64,000 nt of DNA, taken from Pseudogymnoascus verrucosus. Its lineage: Eukaryota. The notes below the pieces were generated by a model. That model searched no databases. It was not told where the DNA came from and saw nothing but the letters and a program-made list of their open reading frames with translations. Numbering within the stretch: position 1 is the stretch's first letter; each line of letters starts with the position of its first letter. Below are positions 26,146 through 38,050 of the stretch, piece by piece. The stretch is taken from NCBI GenBank assembly GCA_001662655.1, contig KV460211.1. The stretch is one strand, 5' to 3'. Both the position numbers and the translations under genes were made by a program.

Positions 26146-26484
26146 TTGGGTGAGATGATGATATCCTTTTGAAAACTAAATTGTGCATAGGAAGAAGATT
26201 GATTCTCAGTCGGAGGGAAATGCAATGGGGATGTTTCAATTCTGGTTTTAGCGCGAGGGTGGCAGAGGACGAGAGCCAATTGATGATCCTCGTTTGGTCA
26301 ACCACTGTTGGATATCCTAATTCGGAATAATGCATGTCTACCAAAGCAAAACCTACATCGAAGAGAGATTATAAGAATTATGGCATAAACCTGCCATGAA
26401 AAGGAAATAAAATAGAATGCCCCCGTCGTCTTTTCTGGAGGTCATCACGTATACTATCAACTTCGCAGATACCATTTACGAGTC

Positions 26485-26994
26485 TCACTGTCCCCACGGT
26501 TTACCCCAACCCTCTTCATCATTCAACATCTTCTCATATGCCCGAAACTCCCGCTCGAGATAGCGGAGCTGGTATGCGAATGGGCAGATCTTTAGGATGC
26601 GTGTGCGCGGGCGGCCTGGGAGGCACACGCGAGACACGCGGTTCTTCAAGCTTGCTACGACTTCTAGATCTAAAACATTAATCCGCGGAAGCTCCCTCGT
26701 ATTAGCATCAACTGGCAGGAAATGCGGTGCCCACTCATCGCGCACGGCTTTTACTGCTCCATCCTCGTGAGATACAGTAAGAGTTGTCCACGCCTCGTTG
26801 TCCCAGTCTGGGACGGTGCGGCCGAGGTTTCTGATGAGGTCGAGGCCGTAGGTTAGGCTGTCTGTGGGGATGAGGGAGAGGGAGAGGGGGTGGATGTAGA
26901 TTACTGTGCTGGTGGAGGGGAGGTCGCGGCGGAGCCGGTAGAGGCAGTCTTCCGTGCCCATGTCGAGAGATAAGAGGGTGTCTATGAGGGCCAT
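26485..26994 (-). pseudogene. Truncated fungal protein-kinase-like protein (N-terminal half only)
   Basis: LKNRVSRV...RILKICPFAYQLRYLEREFRAYEKM resembles the beta3-Lys/alphaC-Glu region of a fungal kinase-like family. The ORF stops ~12 codons later and no C-lobe is visible downstream. Confidence 0.5.
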
Positions 26995-27262
26995 GGCGGG
27001 AGAGGTAGTTGTGATAGCTGGATTGGTGAGCTGGGAGTAGATGGGCTGGGGTGACGGGGGGGAGGTATGTCTTAGATATCACGTGGTGATTTTGGGACAT
27101 TGGGGTAGATTGTTTATCAAATTACTGGATATAACGACGCTATACAGAGAACTCGGTGTCGAAGGGAGAGGAAAGAAGATACTGGTTAGTTAGGTTGACG
27201 GGGAGGAAGAGAAGGAGAGGAAAGGATGAGAAGTCAGAACCAAGAGAGGACGAACAAACTTG

Positions 27263-27595
27263 GATATACCCAATTCAGGCGCATAAACGCAACTGACGAA
27301 TCGGTCCCAGCGAGCTGGATATATCCCAATTCAGGCGCATAAAGGCATCCCCACGAAGAGGAACCAGGCCAGAACGATATCCCAATTCAGCCGCATAAAC
27401 GCGCCCAACACCCAGAAGTCATACATACCCAATTCAGCCTCATAAACGCACCCCCACGAAGAGGAGCCAGGTCAGCACGATATACATCCAATTCAGCCGC
27501 ATAAACGCGACCAATACCCAGGCCGAGGAGCGTCGACCCAACCCCAATCATCCACACAAACGCACCCGCCGAGTCTCGCCGGCCTATAAACGCGA
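27263..27595. repeat. Minisatellite with conserved ~22-28 bp core and variable linkers
   Basis: (C/T)CCAATTCAG(G/C)C(G/T)CATAAA(C/G)GC at 27269, 27325, 27381, 27428, 27487, with a decayed copy at 27543; periods 56, 56, 47, 59, 56. Confidence 0.9.
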
Positions 27596-29495
27596 CAACA
27601 CACATATAGTATATACTCCCATCCAGTCATCATCGCGTCTGACATTCCTTCTCTTCTCACATAAGCCGCCTCCCAATAATGTCATGTCATCTCCCCCTTC
27701 CCCTTTCATAAAATCGATAATAATACACGAACTATCCTTAAGCCATGGCCTCGGCACCACTAGTGGACAATAGCGTCCGCCCTGACCGCTAGGGGTCCAC
27801 AGCCCACACGACACGACTCTGTGATCGGGGGCCGAAGGACCCGCTGTGCGTTGCTTTTTTAGTGAGGTAGCACCAGGTCATCGACGTGAGTCGAGACCGG
27901 TCGGCGTCATGTGCAATTTCCCATCACAACGTCTTTTTCACGAGTCTTCGCGCCAAGTTGCTCACCCACCAGCACCGCGTTTTCTCAGCCCTAAGAATAA
28001 TAACATGTCAGCATCAGCATGTGGAGATGAGGAATTGGGCAAGTCAACTTGGGAAGGCTTCATCAGTGGATCCATCCAGACCGAATCAGGCACCTCGAAC
28101 GCGATCGCGTCAGGGGCCGAGAGGGTGGTTCTGGTTGCCTTATTTGATGCCTCGCGGTTTGGGTGGTGTCTGACGTTGAGCCGTGTGCTGTGGAGATGAC
28201 ACTAGGGGGGACGTGGACAGGCCCACTTGAGCTCCGTTAATCAATATATTTGCTTGGCGATGGGTGAGGGGATTTCGTATAGGGGTAGTGATGAATATTG
28301 GCTTGGTGGACGGAGGTAGTACTGCAGGATTCGAATATTATAATACTATTGATATGCTCGTTATATATCGTCATATTATCTCAATGTCCCTGCACGAATC
28401 AGGTCTCTAGCTAAGGTATGCGCGTTATTCCTAGATTATCGTGCAACGAAGCGGGTGGTGCTTGATTGCATCGCAGCGCATGGCTGCTGTAGGGGTGTGT
28501 CATGACACTAGATATGCCTCTAGTATGCTTGTCCAGGGTAGAAGATACACTATTCGTCCATACATACATTCTCGCCGCCACAGCCGGGTAGAGGTACGTG
28601 CATACGGGTAAAGATGGTTGCATTGAAATTGGCAATTCATCCACATTGTTTCCTCTACAGGCTTCATTTCTATCTCCCTTCTGACCAGACTATCCCCCTT
28701 AGAGCCAATCATTGGCTCTAAGTCCACTGTAGAATCGATAGTATGCCCATATTTTACATCTATTATATACAAATTGTATATTTACCGTATATTTGCATAC
28801 ATATCTGCTATTTTATACACATACCATCTCTCTATATATATCCACACTACCACTTTATACAACTCTCAAAACGCCATTTATCGATTCCTCCCGCCCCATA
28901 ACACCCACCAACCCACGAGCTCAGTCCCCATCCTGGCCTACTACCCCTACATTTGCCCCGCCAGCTCCAGGCCCCCCCATACAAAGTGGGAAAACTGGCA
29001 CGAAAAAAGGAACAAACCCTCCCAATCTCGTTTCCCCGTTACCCGATCCCGCTGTCTCTCAATGCCTCATCTTCTCCCTCTGCCCTCGCCGTTGTCGTCC
29101 TTACCCTAACCACAGCCTTCGGCCTCAATACACTCGCTTTAAATATCGTCACTCGTTTGAGAATATCGTATCTATCCTAGCCTCACAGTACCTATCCGTT
29201 TCGAACTCCCCACGCCGCGTTTCGCGCAAACACCCGTTCTAAGACATTCCGCGACGATCACTTGTTCCAGACCACGACTCGTTTGCCCAAACACCACCTC
29301 GAAACAAAAGGAACCAAAAAAAGCTATCCAGAGCTCCTGACAAGCTCAGGCTCAGTCCGGCCTCACGGCCACAAAACATCCTCTTCCTCCCCGCCACAGA
29401 GGAAGACGACACCATACCCGCGCCTCACCTACGGCACCGTGTCGTGCATCGCACCCAGACAGATGCCCTCTCCAAAACCATAGGCGGACCACGAC

Positions 29496-30764
29496 ATGCC
29501 CACGCGCTCTGCGCTCCTAAGCATGCCCTCGCCATCCCCCGTCCCGCTGCGCAGGCGCTCCGCGTACCTCCCGCGCTCTCTCACCTCGCTCGTCCTCCTC
29601 GCGGTGTGTTTAACATTCACGCTCGCGCTTGCGGCGAGGCCGCCGACTATACCGGATACGCTTGTCCCGCCTGCGGATCTGAGCGCTGGCATTGCGGCGG
29701 AGCTGAGGAAGTTGGAGGAGAAGGGGATTGTGTTGCTTGATACGAGACCGCCGCCGAGGGTGGGTGGTGGTTGGGATTTGGCTTCGTATTCTGGTGACCT
29801 CCTGAGGAGGGGGTTTGTTGATCTCGTGCTGAGGAAGGAGGATGAGGATGAATCTACCACCACTACTGCGCCTTCCAAGACCTCCACGAAGAGCTCCACC
29901 ACCACCACCGCCGGCGATAGCGACAGCGTGGCAACCGCCGAGCCAACAAGCACAACCGCCGAGCTCCCAAAGCCATTCGACAGCAATATCGGCGCCAACT
30001 TCGCAGCAGAAGAATGTCCCGTCTTCATAGCCAGTTTCCTCGCCAACCCCGAATTCCAGTCCTGCTACCCTGTCTCCCTTCTTCTCGAGGTACGTTCCCT
30101 CTCCCCCCCTTTCACCCCCCATCACACACCCCTTCCCAACTCACCCCATACCAAGGATAATAAGCTAACAAGTGTGATAAAGTCCTCCCAAGCTTTCTTC
30201 CAAACCCTCCGCTCCCCCTTCCTCACCACCGCCCTCCTCGACCACTCCTGCGCCGCCCCTGCATCATGCGCCCCGTACCTCTCCTCCCTAGCCGCGACCC
30301 TAAACAGCACCTGCGCCCTCGACCTCTCCCGCTCCAACCCCACCGCCACCATGGCCCTAACCGGGCTCCTCGCCTACCCCTCTCTCCGCACCGCTACCTG
30401 TCTCAAGTCCCCTACCGGATCCTACTGTTTCGCCGACGCGATTACGAATTCCACCTCTGACGAGGACGCGTATGTGTACTACCTGGGCGTGGGGAATGAG
30501 TTACCAAGTACGACGAAGATGACGTGTAATAAGTGCCTGAAGGATGTGGTGGGGGTTTTTGGGGCGGCGGCCGCGAATAGGACGGCGCCGGTGGCGGCGG
30601 TGTATGCGGAGGGGGCGGCGGTGGTTAATGGGGTTTGTGGGAGCGGGTGGGTTAATGAGACGATGCCTAATGCTTTGACTGGTGCTGCTGGAGCCCTGGG
30701 GGGTAGTGGGATTACTGGCGTGGTTGTTGCGTCGCTGGTGGGGGTGATGATGCTCGTGATGTGA
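29496..30764 (+). CDS. Conserved fungal secreted/GPI-anchored Cys-rich protein
   Basis: Hydrophobic signal (LTSLVLLAVCLTFTLALAA), S/T-rich linker, LPKPFDS followed by a Cys-rich domain, hydrophobic C-terminal tail. Probable in-frame 93 nt intron 30090-30182 (GTACGT...GCTAAC...AG). Confidence 0.8.
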   Translation: MPTRSALLSMPSPSPVPLRRRSAYLPRSLTSLVLLAVCLTFTLALAARPPTIPDTLVPPADLSAGIAAELRKLEEKGIVLLDTRPPPRVGGGWDLASYSGDLLRRGFVDLVLRKEDEDESTTTTAPSKTSTKSSTTTTAGDSDSVATAEPTSTTAELPKPFDSNIGANFAAEECPVFIASFLANPEFQSCYPVSLLLEVRSLSPPFTPHHTPLPNSPHTKDNKLTSVIKSSQAFFQTLRSPFLTTALLDHSCAAPASCAPYLSSLAATLNSTCALDLSRSNPTATMALTGLLAYPSLRTATCLKSPTGSYCFADAITNSTSDEDAYVYYLGVGNELPSTTKMTCNKCLKDVVGVFGAAAANRTAPVAAVYAEGAAVVNGVCGSGWVNETMPNALTGAAGALGGSGITGVVVASLVGVMMLVM

Positions 30765-31634
30765 GGGTTTAGTCGGTGGAATACATATTAGAATGGGATG
30801 GATCTTATTATATATAGTCAGGCAGGCGTTTTTGGGTTAGCAGCCGGGCGCTGGGGTGGGTTTTGGGTTCAGCGGGTGCCTGGGTTTGGGTTATATATTG
30901 GCTTTTTTGGTGGAGGAAGGTGCGATCGAGGTGTGGGGGGAGAAATAGAAAGGGAAGGAGGGAAGAAAGGGGATTTTTGTATATACCTTCACCATGAAGA
31001 GGAAATGGATAACACATATATATACTACTGCTCACTCATCTGTTTCGTGGTGATTTGTACGTAACAAGCCTCCAGGGGTATGTTACTAATTAGGGTATTT
31101 ACGTGAGAAGTTAGATGTGAAGTTACGCCAATGAATGGGGTTGGTCAAAATTGGAATGGAAAGAACGACATACCGTACGAAGAAATAACTGCATGAGGAA
31201 AGAACGACTAACATAGGAAGGAACGATTATCAGAAGAAGGAACGACTGTCTGGTTGTTCCTTCCTTCCCAGCCACTCCCACTCATTCTGTCTGATATCTT
31301 CATACCCAATTCCCCCATCCTTAACTCCAGACGTGGATGCCACTCAAAAAGAGTATATTCTCTTTGTAGTTTGACAGCCGTCTCAAAGATAAGCAAGGCA
31401 GACAATATACGACGCGCAGAAATAGCGCTCTTGAGTTAATCCTTTGACAATCGATGGATGGACGTAATTGGCTTGCTACAACTTTTAAACGGCTGCTAAC
31501 GAGATGAAGGGGCTCTCTACTACAGTCGAGACCGTTTGGATGATCATCCGGATAATGACGCCCGGGGGGGGGGGGGGGGGGGGGGGGTACTGGATGACGG
31601 GAAGAAAAGCGTGGTGATGATGTAAAAAGCATGG

Positions 31635-32284
31635 TGACAAGAATGGTGGTGACAAGAAGCAGTGCTGATAGAATGGAGGTGCGGATCATGGGTGCTGGCC
31701 TATGTTAGGGTCCCAAACGTCTCTCTTCGACGCTGGACAACCTCCCTCTTCTTCTCCCCTCTTCCGCTTGAACTCGTTAAACTTGGTATCTATCTCATCT
31801 CCATTATATCGAACCAGCTATTCCGAGGTTCGAAAAATTGCACTATAGACAGCCTCACCATTCCCCACTAGTAGATTATACGCGGCCAAAACTTCATAGA
31901 CGCATTGCACGATGCAGACAGCTATAAACCTTCTTGGCATTCTGCTACAGTGCGGGGCGGGTGTGTGGTGGCTGGGATGGGGGAGGGTTACAGAGTGATG
32001 GTGGCGGTAGCAATAGGAAATGGTAGTTAGAAGGCGTCGACATCCAGGAAATGGAAACCCGGATAAGTGAGATGGAAGCCGATGCGCAGGAGATTCGGGT
32101 AGTTGCTACTCGGCTTATTATTGACCATCGTGAGGCGCGCTGGTGGAAAGGACAGTTTCAAGAAGGCAGCATTAACAAGAAGGCAGTGTCGGCAAGAAGG
32201 CAGCGTTGACAGAAAGCGGATCTTGGGTGTTAGTTAATGGCAGGGTCCTAAACGTCTTTCTTCGACCCTGAAAAAAAAAAAAAA
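31635..32284 (+). repeat. Two diverged direct copies (~100 bp) of a dispersed repeat; the second ends in a stem-loop plus A14
   Basis: agggtcccaaacgtctctcttcgacgctg (31707-31735) vs agggtcctaaacgtctttcttcgaccctg (32242-32270), 26/29 identical; upstream gcggatc(a/t)tgggtg is also shared. Confidence 0.7.
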
Positions 32285-32827
32285 GCTGGCGTCATCTCAT
32301 ACAGAAGATTTATAGACAGTTCGGCACCCGTAATTGTACTTGAGACCATGTTAATATCAGAAGCAGGCCATGTTGGTATGCAGTAAAAGTGCAGGTGAGA
32401 CTCCGCAATAGTTTCAGGCTACAACAAATGTTACTTAGTCAAATCTTGTGTGAACATGGTTTTTGGGGCTACGGATTGGAAGTTAATGTTGTGCATTGGA
32501 TTTCACTGCAATCTTTTACACGCCTCTGAAAAAACCTCGGAGCCACAGTGATAAAAAGATAAATATGGAGAGATAAAAAGACAGCGACTATTAAGGCTTC
32601 AAAAGCAGAAACAAGCCGCCCAACCCCCCCTTTTTGTTTCCTTTTGCCCCTGTCCATATGTAGACCCATTGTTTCTAAATCCTTTTCCTTTACCATTTTC
32701 TTTTCCCATGTCCTGAGAATTATCCAACAAAAGAGAGAAAAATATGAAACACAACGCCGGTATCCAGTCTATACCCCAATAGCCCCATCTCACAACCTTC
32801 CCCCCACATCTCACAGCCACCCCACCA

Positions 32828-33453
32828 CTATGCCTTAACCCCCCAAGCCCCCTCCCTCTCATACATACAAATAACCTCCACCTTCTCGCCACTCTTACTC
32901 CGTCCATCAAAGCGATATCCCACCCACTCCCTGACTAATCGTCTCGCGAGCTCGACGCCGATGACGCGCTGCCCCAGACACAGGACCTGCGCGTTGTTGG
33001 AGAGCACGCCGCGTTCGACACTGAAGCTGTCGTGGGCGGTGACGGCGCGGATGCCGGGGACTTTGTTGGCGGCGATGGCGACGCCGAGGCCGGTGCCGCA
33101 GATGAGGATAGCGCGGTCTGCTTCTCCAGCTGCGATCTGGGGAGAGGTTAGCGGATGACAGGAAATTGGGGTTGCGATGTGAAAGGCTAAGATGGGAATG
33201 AGGTGTAAAGGGGAGTGCCTGGGAGAGGGCGGGGTGGGAGAAGGAGACGAACCTTTCTAGCGGCTGCCACGGCGTAGTGCGGGTAGGCGGTGGTGTCGGA
33301 GACCGAGTAGGGCCCGACGTCTGTGACGAGGGAGACGCGCGGGTCATCCTCGAGGTCTTGGAAGATGGCGGCTTTGTAGGCGAAGCCTGCTTCGTCGCCG
33401 CCGAGGACGATGCGGAGTGGAGCGGCGGGGGGTGTGATTGTTTTGACGACCAT
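32828..33453 (-). CDS. rpiB: RpiB/LacAB-family sugar-phosphate isomerase (ribose-5-phosphate or erythrulose-4-phosphate isomerase type)
   Basis: [21 protein letters not shown], intron 33137-33252, then [22 protein letters not shown] and [14 protein letters not shown] signature motifs; stop TAG at 32828-32830. Confidence 0.9.
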
Positions 33454-36376
33454 GTTGGCGGTTTATTGGATATGTGAGTGAGGTGGTGTGGTAGTAGTTT
33501 GGGTAGGATAGGGTGGTGAGTGAGAAGTAGGAGGTAGGGTGTGGCTTGGAAAGGGGGGTTAACACTGGTAAGAGGATGCAGAAGAAACGCAGTGAGAGAC
33601 GGGGGGGAAGTGAGAGAGTTTATATTCCCTCACAAGTCCCTCCGGCGCTTCGTCTTCCATCCGGACGACAATCGAAGACGCAAAAAGGGAGAAGACAACA
33701 GAATACGGACGCGCGCATCGAGGAATGCCACGGCGCGGTGCGAGGAAATAGATACGACGATCTCACTCACTAGGTTGTTCCCGCAACCTGGGTAGGTAAC
33801 TGGTGGTGCACCAAGTGGCGCTCCCTCCCTTTCCGGGACGCGGGCTACTAGGATGCCCATATCGCCTGCTCCTGCCGTACCCCGATAACTGGACTTACCT
33901 TACTGCATGAATAGCAGGGGCACCTGCCTGCCTATCGCAGGACCCGGGCTTGATTGTTTGCAGGCGGTCTGGGAGGGTCGCCCGTGAGGTGCGGGCGGGA
34001 GACAAGGGCGTGATACGGCTGCGTGGAACCAAGGGACGAGGCACATATGCCGGGGGATCTGGATTCTCGGCAGTGTGTCGCTTGCTCAGATCTTGGTACG
34101 TAGTGACCAGTACCGTGCAGAGACCGACCGACGGTGAGGGAAAGGTGAAGTCAGAGGATCGGATGGTGTGCTAGGTCCGGGAGGCAGTCCCAGGCGCGGA
34201 CGCAGGTAAACGGTACATCAGGCGGCGTGCTGGAGCTGAGTGGTGGGCGATGGGTGTACAGATGAGCAAATCGTGCGTCTCTTTCAATCGGGGAATGGGG
34301 TCCAGAGGTGAAATCAGAACGGGGTTTGAGATGGGGCCAGGATGGGCATGTCAGGGGCGGCGCAAGGCGAGCTCTAGCGCGGCGGGCAGGTGGGTTCCGA
34401 GCTCCCCGGGCAGTGGCGGCCGGAAGCTGCTGTATCTCGCCGGGTCACGACAATAGTGGTGTTGTCAAGGGGGAATAGGAGGATGATATTGGAGGAGGGA
34501 TATACGTAAATGTAGGACGGTGTAGAGCCGTATGGGTGCCTAGGCGTCCCGATGCTGGTGATGGTGGCGGCGCTGCTGGAGAGAGGTGGATGGCACGGAT
34601 AGGTGAGTGGCCAATTGGAAATGAAGAAAGGATGGATTGATGTGCATATGATAATTGATAAGAGACATGAGAGAGGGGAATTGTAGGAGAGTGGACTGTA
34701 AGGATTTGGGATACTGAAAATAGTAATGCAATTCCGCAAGGTGGGATCTCTGGTTGGTCCCTTGGTAGAATATGCATGATGCATATGCACGGCGCGCGCC
34801 ACCATTCAGCACTCGTATATTTTCTTCGGGTCGATTGAGGCGTTCTAGGGGCTTGCGTAGATGACGATTGACATTTTCCCATAAGTGAGACAGCAAACCA
34901 CTTTCTGATGGGGGATCCGGAGGAAATTCCGGTACCGCGATCGAAACGACTATTCGGCATCGGCATCGACATCGACATCGACAAGCAAGATCGACCCTAT
35001 CCTCAAGACTGCCAGCCAGCCATGATCATCCCGCCATCTTCCGTTCTCTGAGCAAATTATGCGAATCTTTGGATTTGGGCAACACAGATAGGGTAGAGAG
35101 AGCTAATCTTGCCTGATCATGCAGTTATCCCCGTAGGACATACAGCGGCTGACAGATCGATCGTGGTGTCTCCTTACACAACGTAGGCCACACTCGTGGT
35201 ACACAGCGCTGTTATTGAGAAAAGGGAGAAAAAAAAAGCTGGAAACTAGAGAAAAATGTGATGAGGAAATTTAGGAAATAGCGCGGGAACGGCGCTTTCC
35301 CTAAATTCTCCTATCTGTCAAACTCTCCTCTCCAAATCGATGCTCCTCCCCCAATCGATGCTCCTCCCCGTTTATTTCTCCTTTCTTTGGCCCCCTTCCT
35401 TGTTGCAGTGTCGTGTTTGCTTGTCTCCCTATCATTCTGCCACAGCACAGGTCGTCCCAGGCGACAGAAATTTTCTGCAGGAGAGCTGTCATATTCGGGG
35501 ATATAGAGGTTTCATTTCCCCCCTATAATCCCAGCCACCTGCCAAGCCGCAGATCTGGTACAATGGCTACAATGACCACAAAGGCCACAGGTAGAACTGT
35601 GTCGCGGTCAGCAGATACATGATTCAGATAATGTTTGTATGCCGTTGCCGCAGATCTTGGGAATTCTACATGGCACGAGATTGCACCATGTTGTTGTCAC
35701 CGTTTTTCGCAATCTTTTCCTCTCCCTTTTTGCTCCTGTTCTCGCCAGAGCCTATCTAAGATAGGCGACTCAGTTATCCATTCTCTGCGTCTGCGATAGC
35801 TTGAGTATATTTCTTGGGGGTTTTATGGAGCAGTGACACTGCCAGAAGACTATGGATTCCAGAATTTACCTGTTGGCAGTGTTGACGGTGAGGCCGAGAT
35901 GACCTTGACTGCTCACTCTCCATGAGGTAGATTCAGAGCCTTGGTGTCAAGAATCAGTATTTTGTAAAGTGATGCTGAACCACACTCTCAAACGTCAATT
36001 GAATCAAGGGATTCGTTGTATATTCACTTCTGACTTCTGGTGAATTCTGATTGGTGCCAGGAGGAATGAATCCGACTTGGCCATCTCATGATTCTAAAGT
36101 TGGAGGCGAGTATCATCCCAAGACCAGCGCTTCCATCTAATACCTACTCAACAAAGAGTGAATATCTATCTGCCCCGCGCCTGCAAATTCAAGTGAATTT
36201 CTTTCCTCCAATCACCAAGTAAAAAACCATCTTCCAAGACGAATCCTTTCCTTCGTTTCTTCCACCACCACCATCAACAATCTACTCATAGATTGCTACC
36301 ACACACACCTTCCATCAACCAGTCCATCACCTACTCACCTCAAGCAATCACTCAGGCAAATCAATCACTGCTAGCC

Positions 36377-37463
36377 ATGATGGACCCAGCAGTTAAAACC
36401 CCAGACCTCAAGGTCCAAGAACCTATCCACCTATCCACCATCTACGAATCCCAAACCGAGGATGCCTTCAAACCAGCATCCACAGCCTCAAAGGTCCCAG
36501 AAGCCCCCACCGGACAAACCACGACCAGAGAATCGTCGATCTCAAAGACCTCATCCTCAGCAATCACCCCCGAGGCCCCGGCAGCGGAAGTCCAAGCCAA
36601 AGCCCAAGTCGAAGACGAAACCCAAGCCCAAGCAGGCCAAGAGAGGAGCGTCCCAAGCCTCTTCAGCCTCGCAGGAAAAATCATCATCGTCACTGGAGCA
36701 GCACGCGACATCGGCCTCACCATGTCAGAGTCGCTCGTCGAGTGCGGAGCCATCGGTGAGTCTCTCCTCCCTCCCAGCGCCTCACAAACCCAACTAACAT
36801 ACCCCAGTTCATGAGCTCGACCGCCTCCCCAGCCCCAGCCCCGAGTTCGACCGCCTCGCCGCCTCTCCCCAAAGGAACACTAACCTACCACCCCATCGAC
36901 GTTGTCGACGTCCCTGCGCTAGACACTCTCGTCACCAGCATCGCCGGAACACACTCCAGGCTCCACGGCCTCATCGCAGCAGCTGGGATCCAGCACGAAG
37001 CTCCCGCTCTTACCTACTCTGCCGAGACATGCAACCGGGTCCTGGCTGTAAACATCACCGGCGTGATGTCTTCCGCACAGGCCGTCGCGCATGCCATGCG
37101 CCAGGTTCGATTGCTCTGATCGCGTCAATGAGCGGGACCGTTGCGAACCGTGGGTTGCCCTGCGCGGCGTACAATGCCTCGAAGGCTGGGGTTCAGCAGC
37201 TGGGGCGTAGTTTGGCGGCGGAGTGGGGGAGAGAGGGGATCAGGGTCAATACGATTAGCCCGGGCTACGTGGTGACGCAGATGGTGGAGGAGCTTTTTGA
37301 GAAGTTTCCAGAGAGGAGAGATGGGTGGGCGGGGGAGAATATGCTTGGGAGGTTGGGGAAGCCGGGGGATTTGGGTGGGGCAGGGGTGTTTCTCATGGCG
37401 GGGTGCAGTGGGTGGATGACTGGAGGGGATTTGAGGATTGATGGAGGGAATACTGCTTGGTAG
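36377..37463 (+). pseudogene. Short-chain dehydrogenase/reductase (D-arabinitol 2-dehydrogenase-like) with two compensating frameshifts
   Basis: VTGAARDIG (Rossmann Gly replaced by Asp), intron 36756-36807, LIAAAGIQ and VNITGV in the +1 frame, IASMSG and YNASK back in the original frame, INTISPGY-like NTISPGYV, IDGGNTAW end. Confidence 0.75.
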
Positions 37464-37739
37464 GGGATTGGATATCAGAGCTGTTTTGCGGGCGTTTTGA
37501 GGAAGGTTGGGTGGTGAATTGCGTTGATTTCACATGCTGAGGGCTTGTCTTGTGCCTGGATATATAATTACACACACAGCCTCCATTCTGGACACACACT
37601 ACTCAATGAAAACTATTTACATGTACGTCATTCTACACAAGCTTTTTAATAAACGATGAAATATAAAACAGGTAGATACTGCACTATCTGTTTTATTTGT
37701 TTCTCGTATAGTCTCTAGCTTGTGAATGTGGTAAGGGTC

Positions 37740-37980
37740 AAAGGACGGCCCGATGACGACTATGCCGATCAAATTTAATGCCGTGAGAGAATGGCCGAGC
37801 TCGAGTTGGACAACCATGTTACAGATTATTTCCCCGCACATCCAATGGATCCGGGGCTACCCCGCATAAATCTCCGCAGTAAGTTTCCCCTTTCACATCA
37901 TGAGCATTTCTCACTTTGAACCTATGTAGATCGTGGTTGACTTTCCATGTCGCTTGGGGAGGTTTGGATATCTATAAATG
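37740..37980 (+). promoter_or_regulatory. Alpha-amylase promoter: CCAAT, AmyR-like site, CreA-like sites, TATA
   Basis: CCAAT ~37842; CGGAGATTTA on the minus strand at 37867-37876 (cf. Aspergillus AmyR site CGGAAATTTAA); SYGGRG matches (CCCCGC ~37832, ~37860); TATAAA ~37973. Confidence 0.45.
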
Positions 37981-38050
37981 AGGCCGATGGCGACCACTTT
38001 CCGTGTCTCTTCATTCTGTACGCCGTGCTTGAGATCAAATAACTATCGAC

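Noticed and set aside
27263..27595. CRISPR array interpretation
   Set aside because: Fungal context, no cas genes, imperfect repeats, and linkers that are related to one another.
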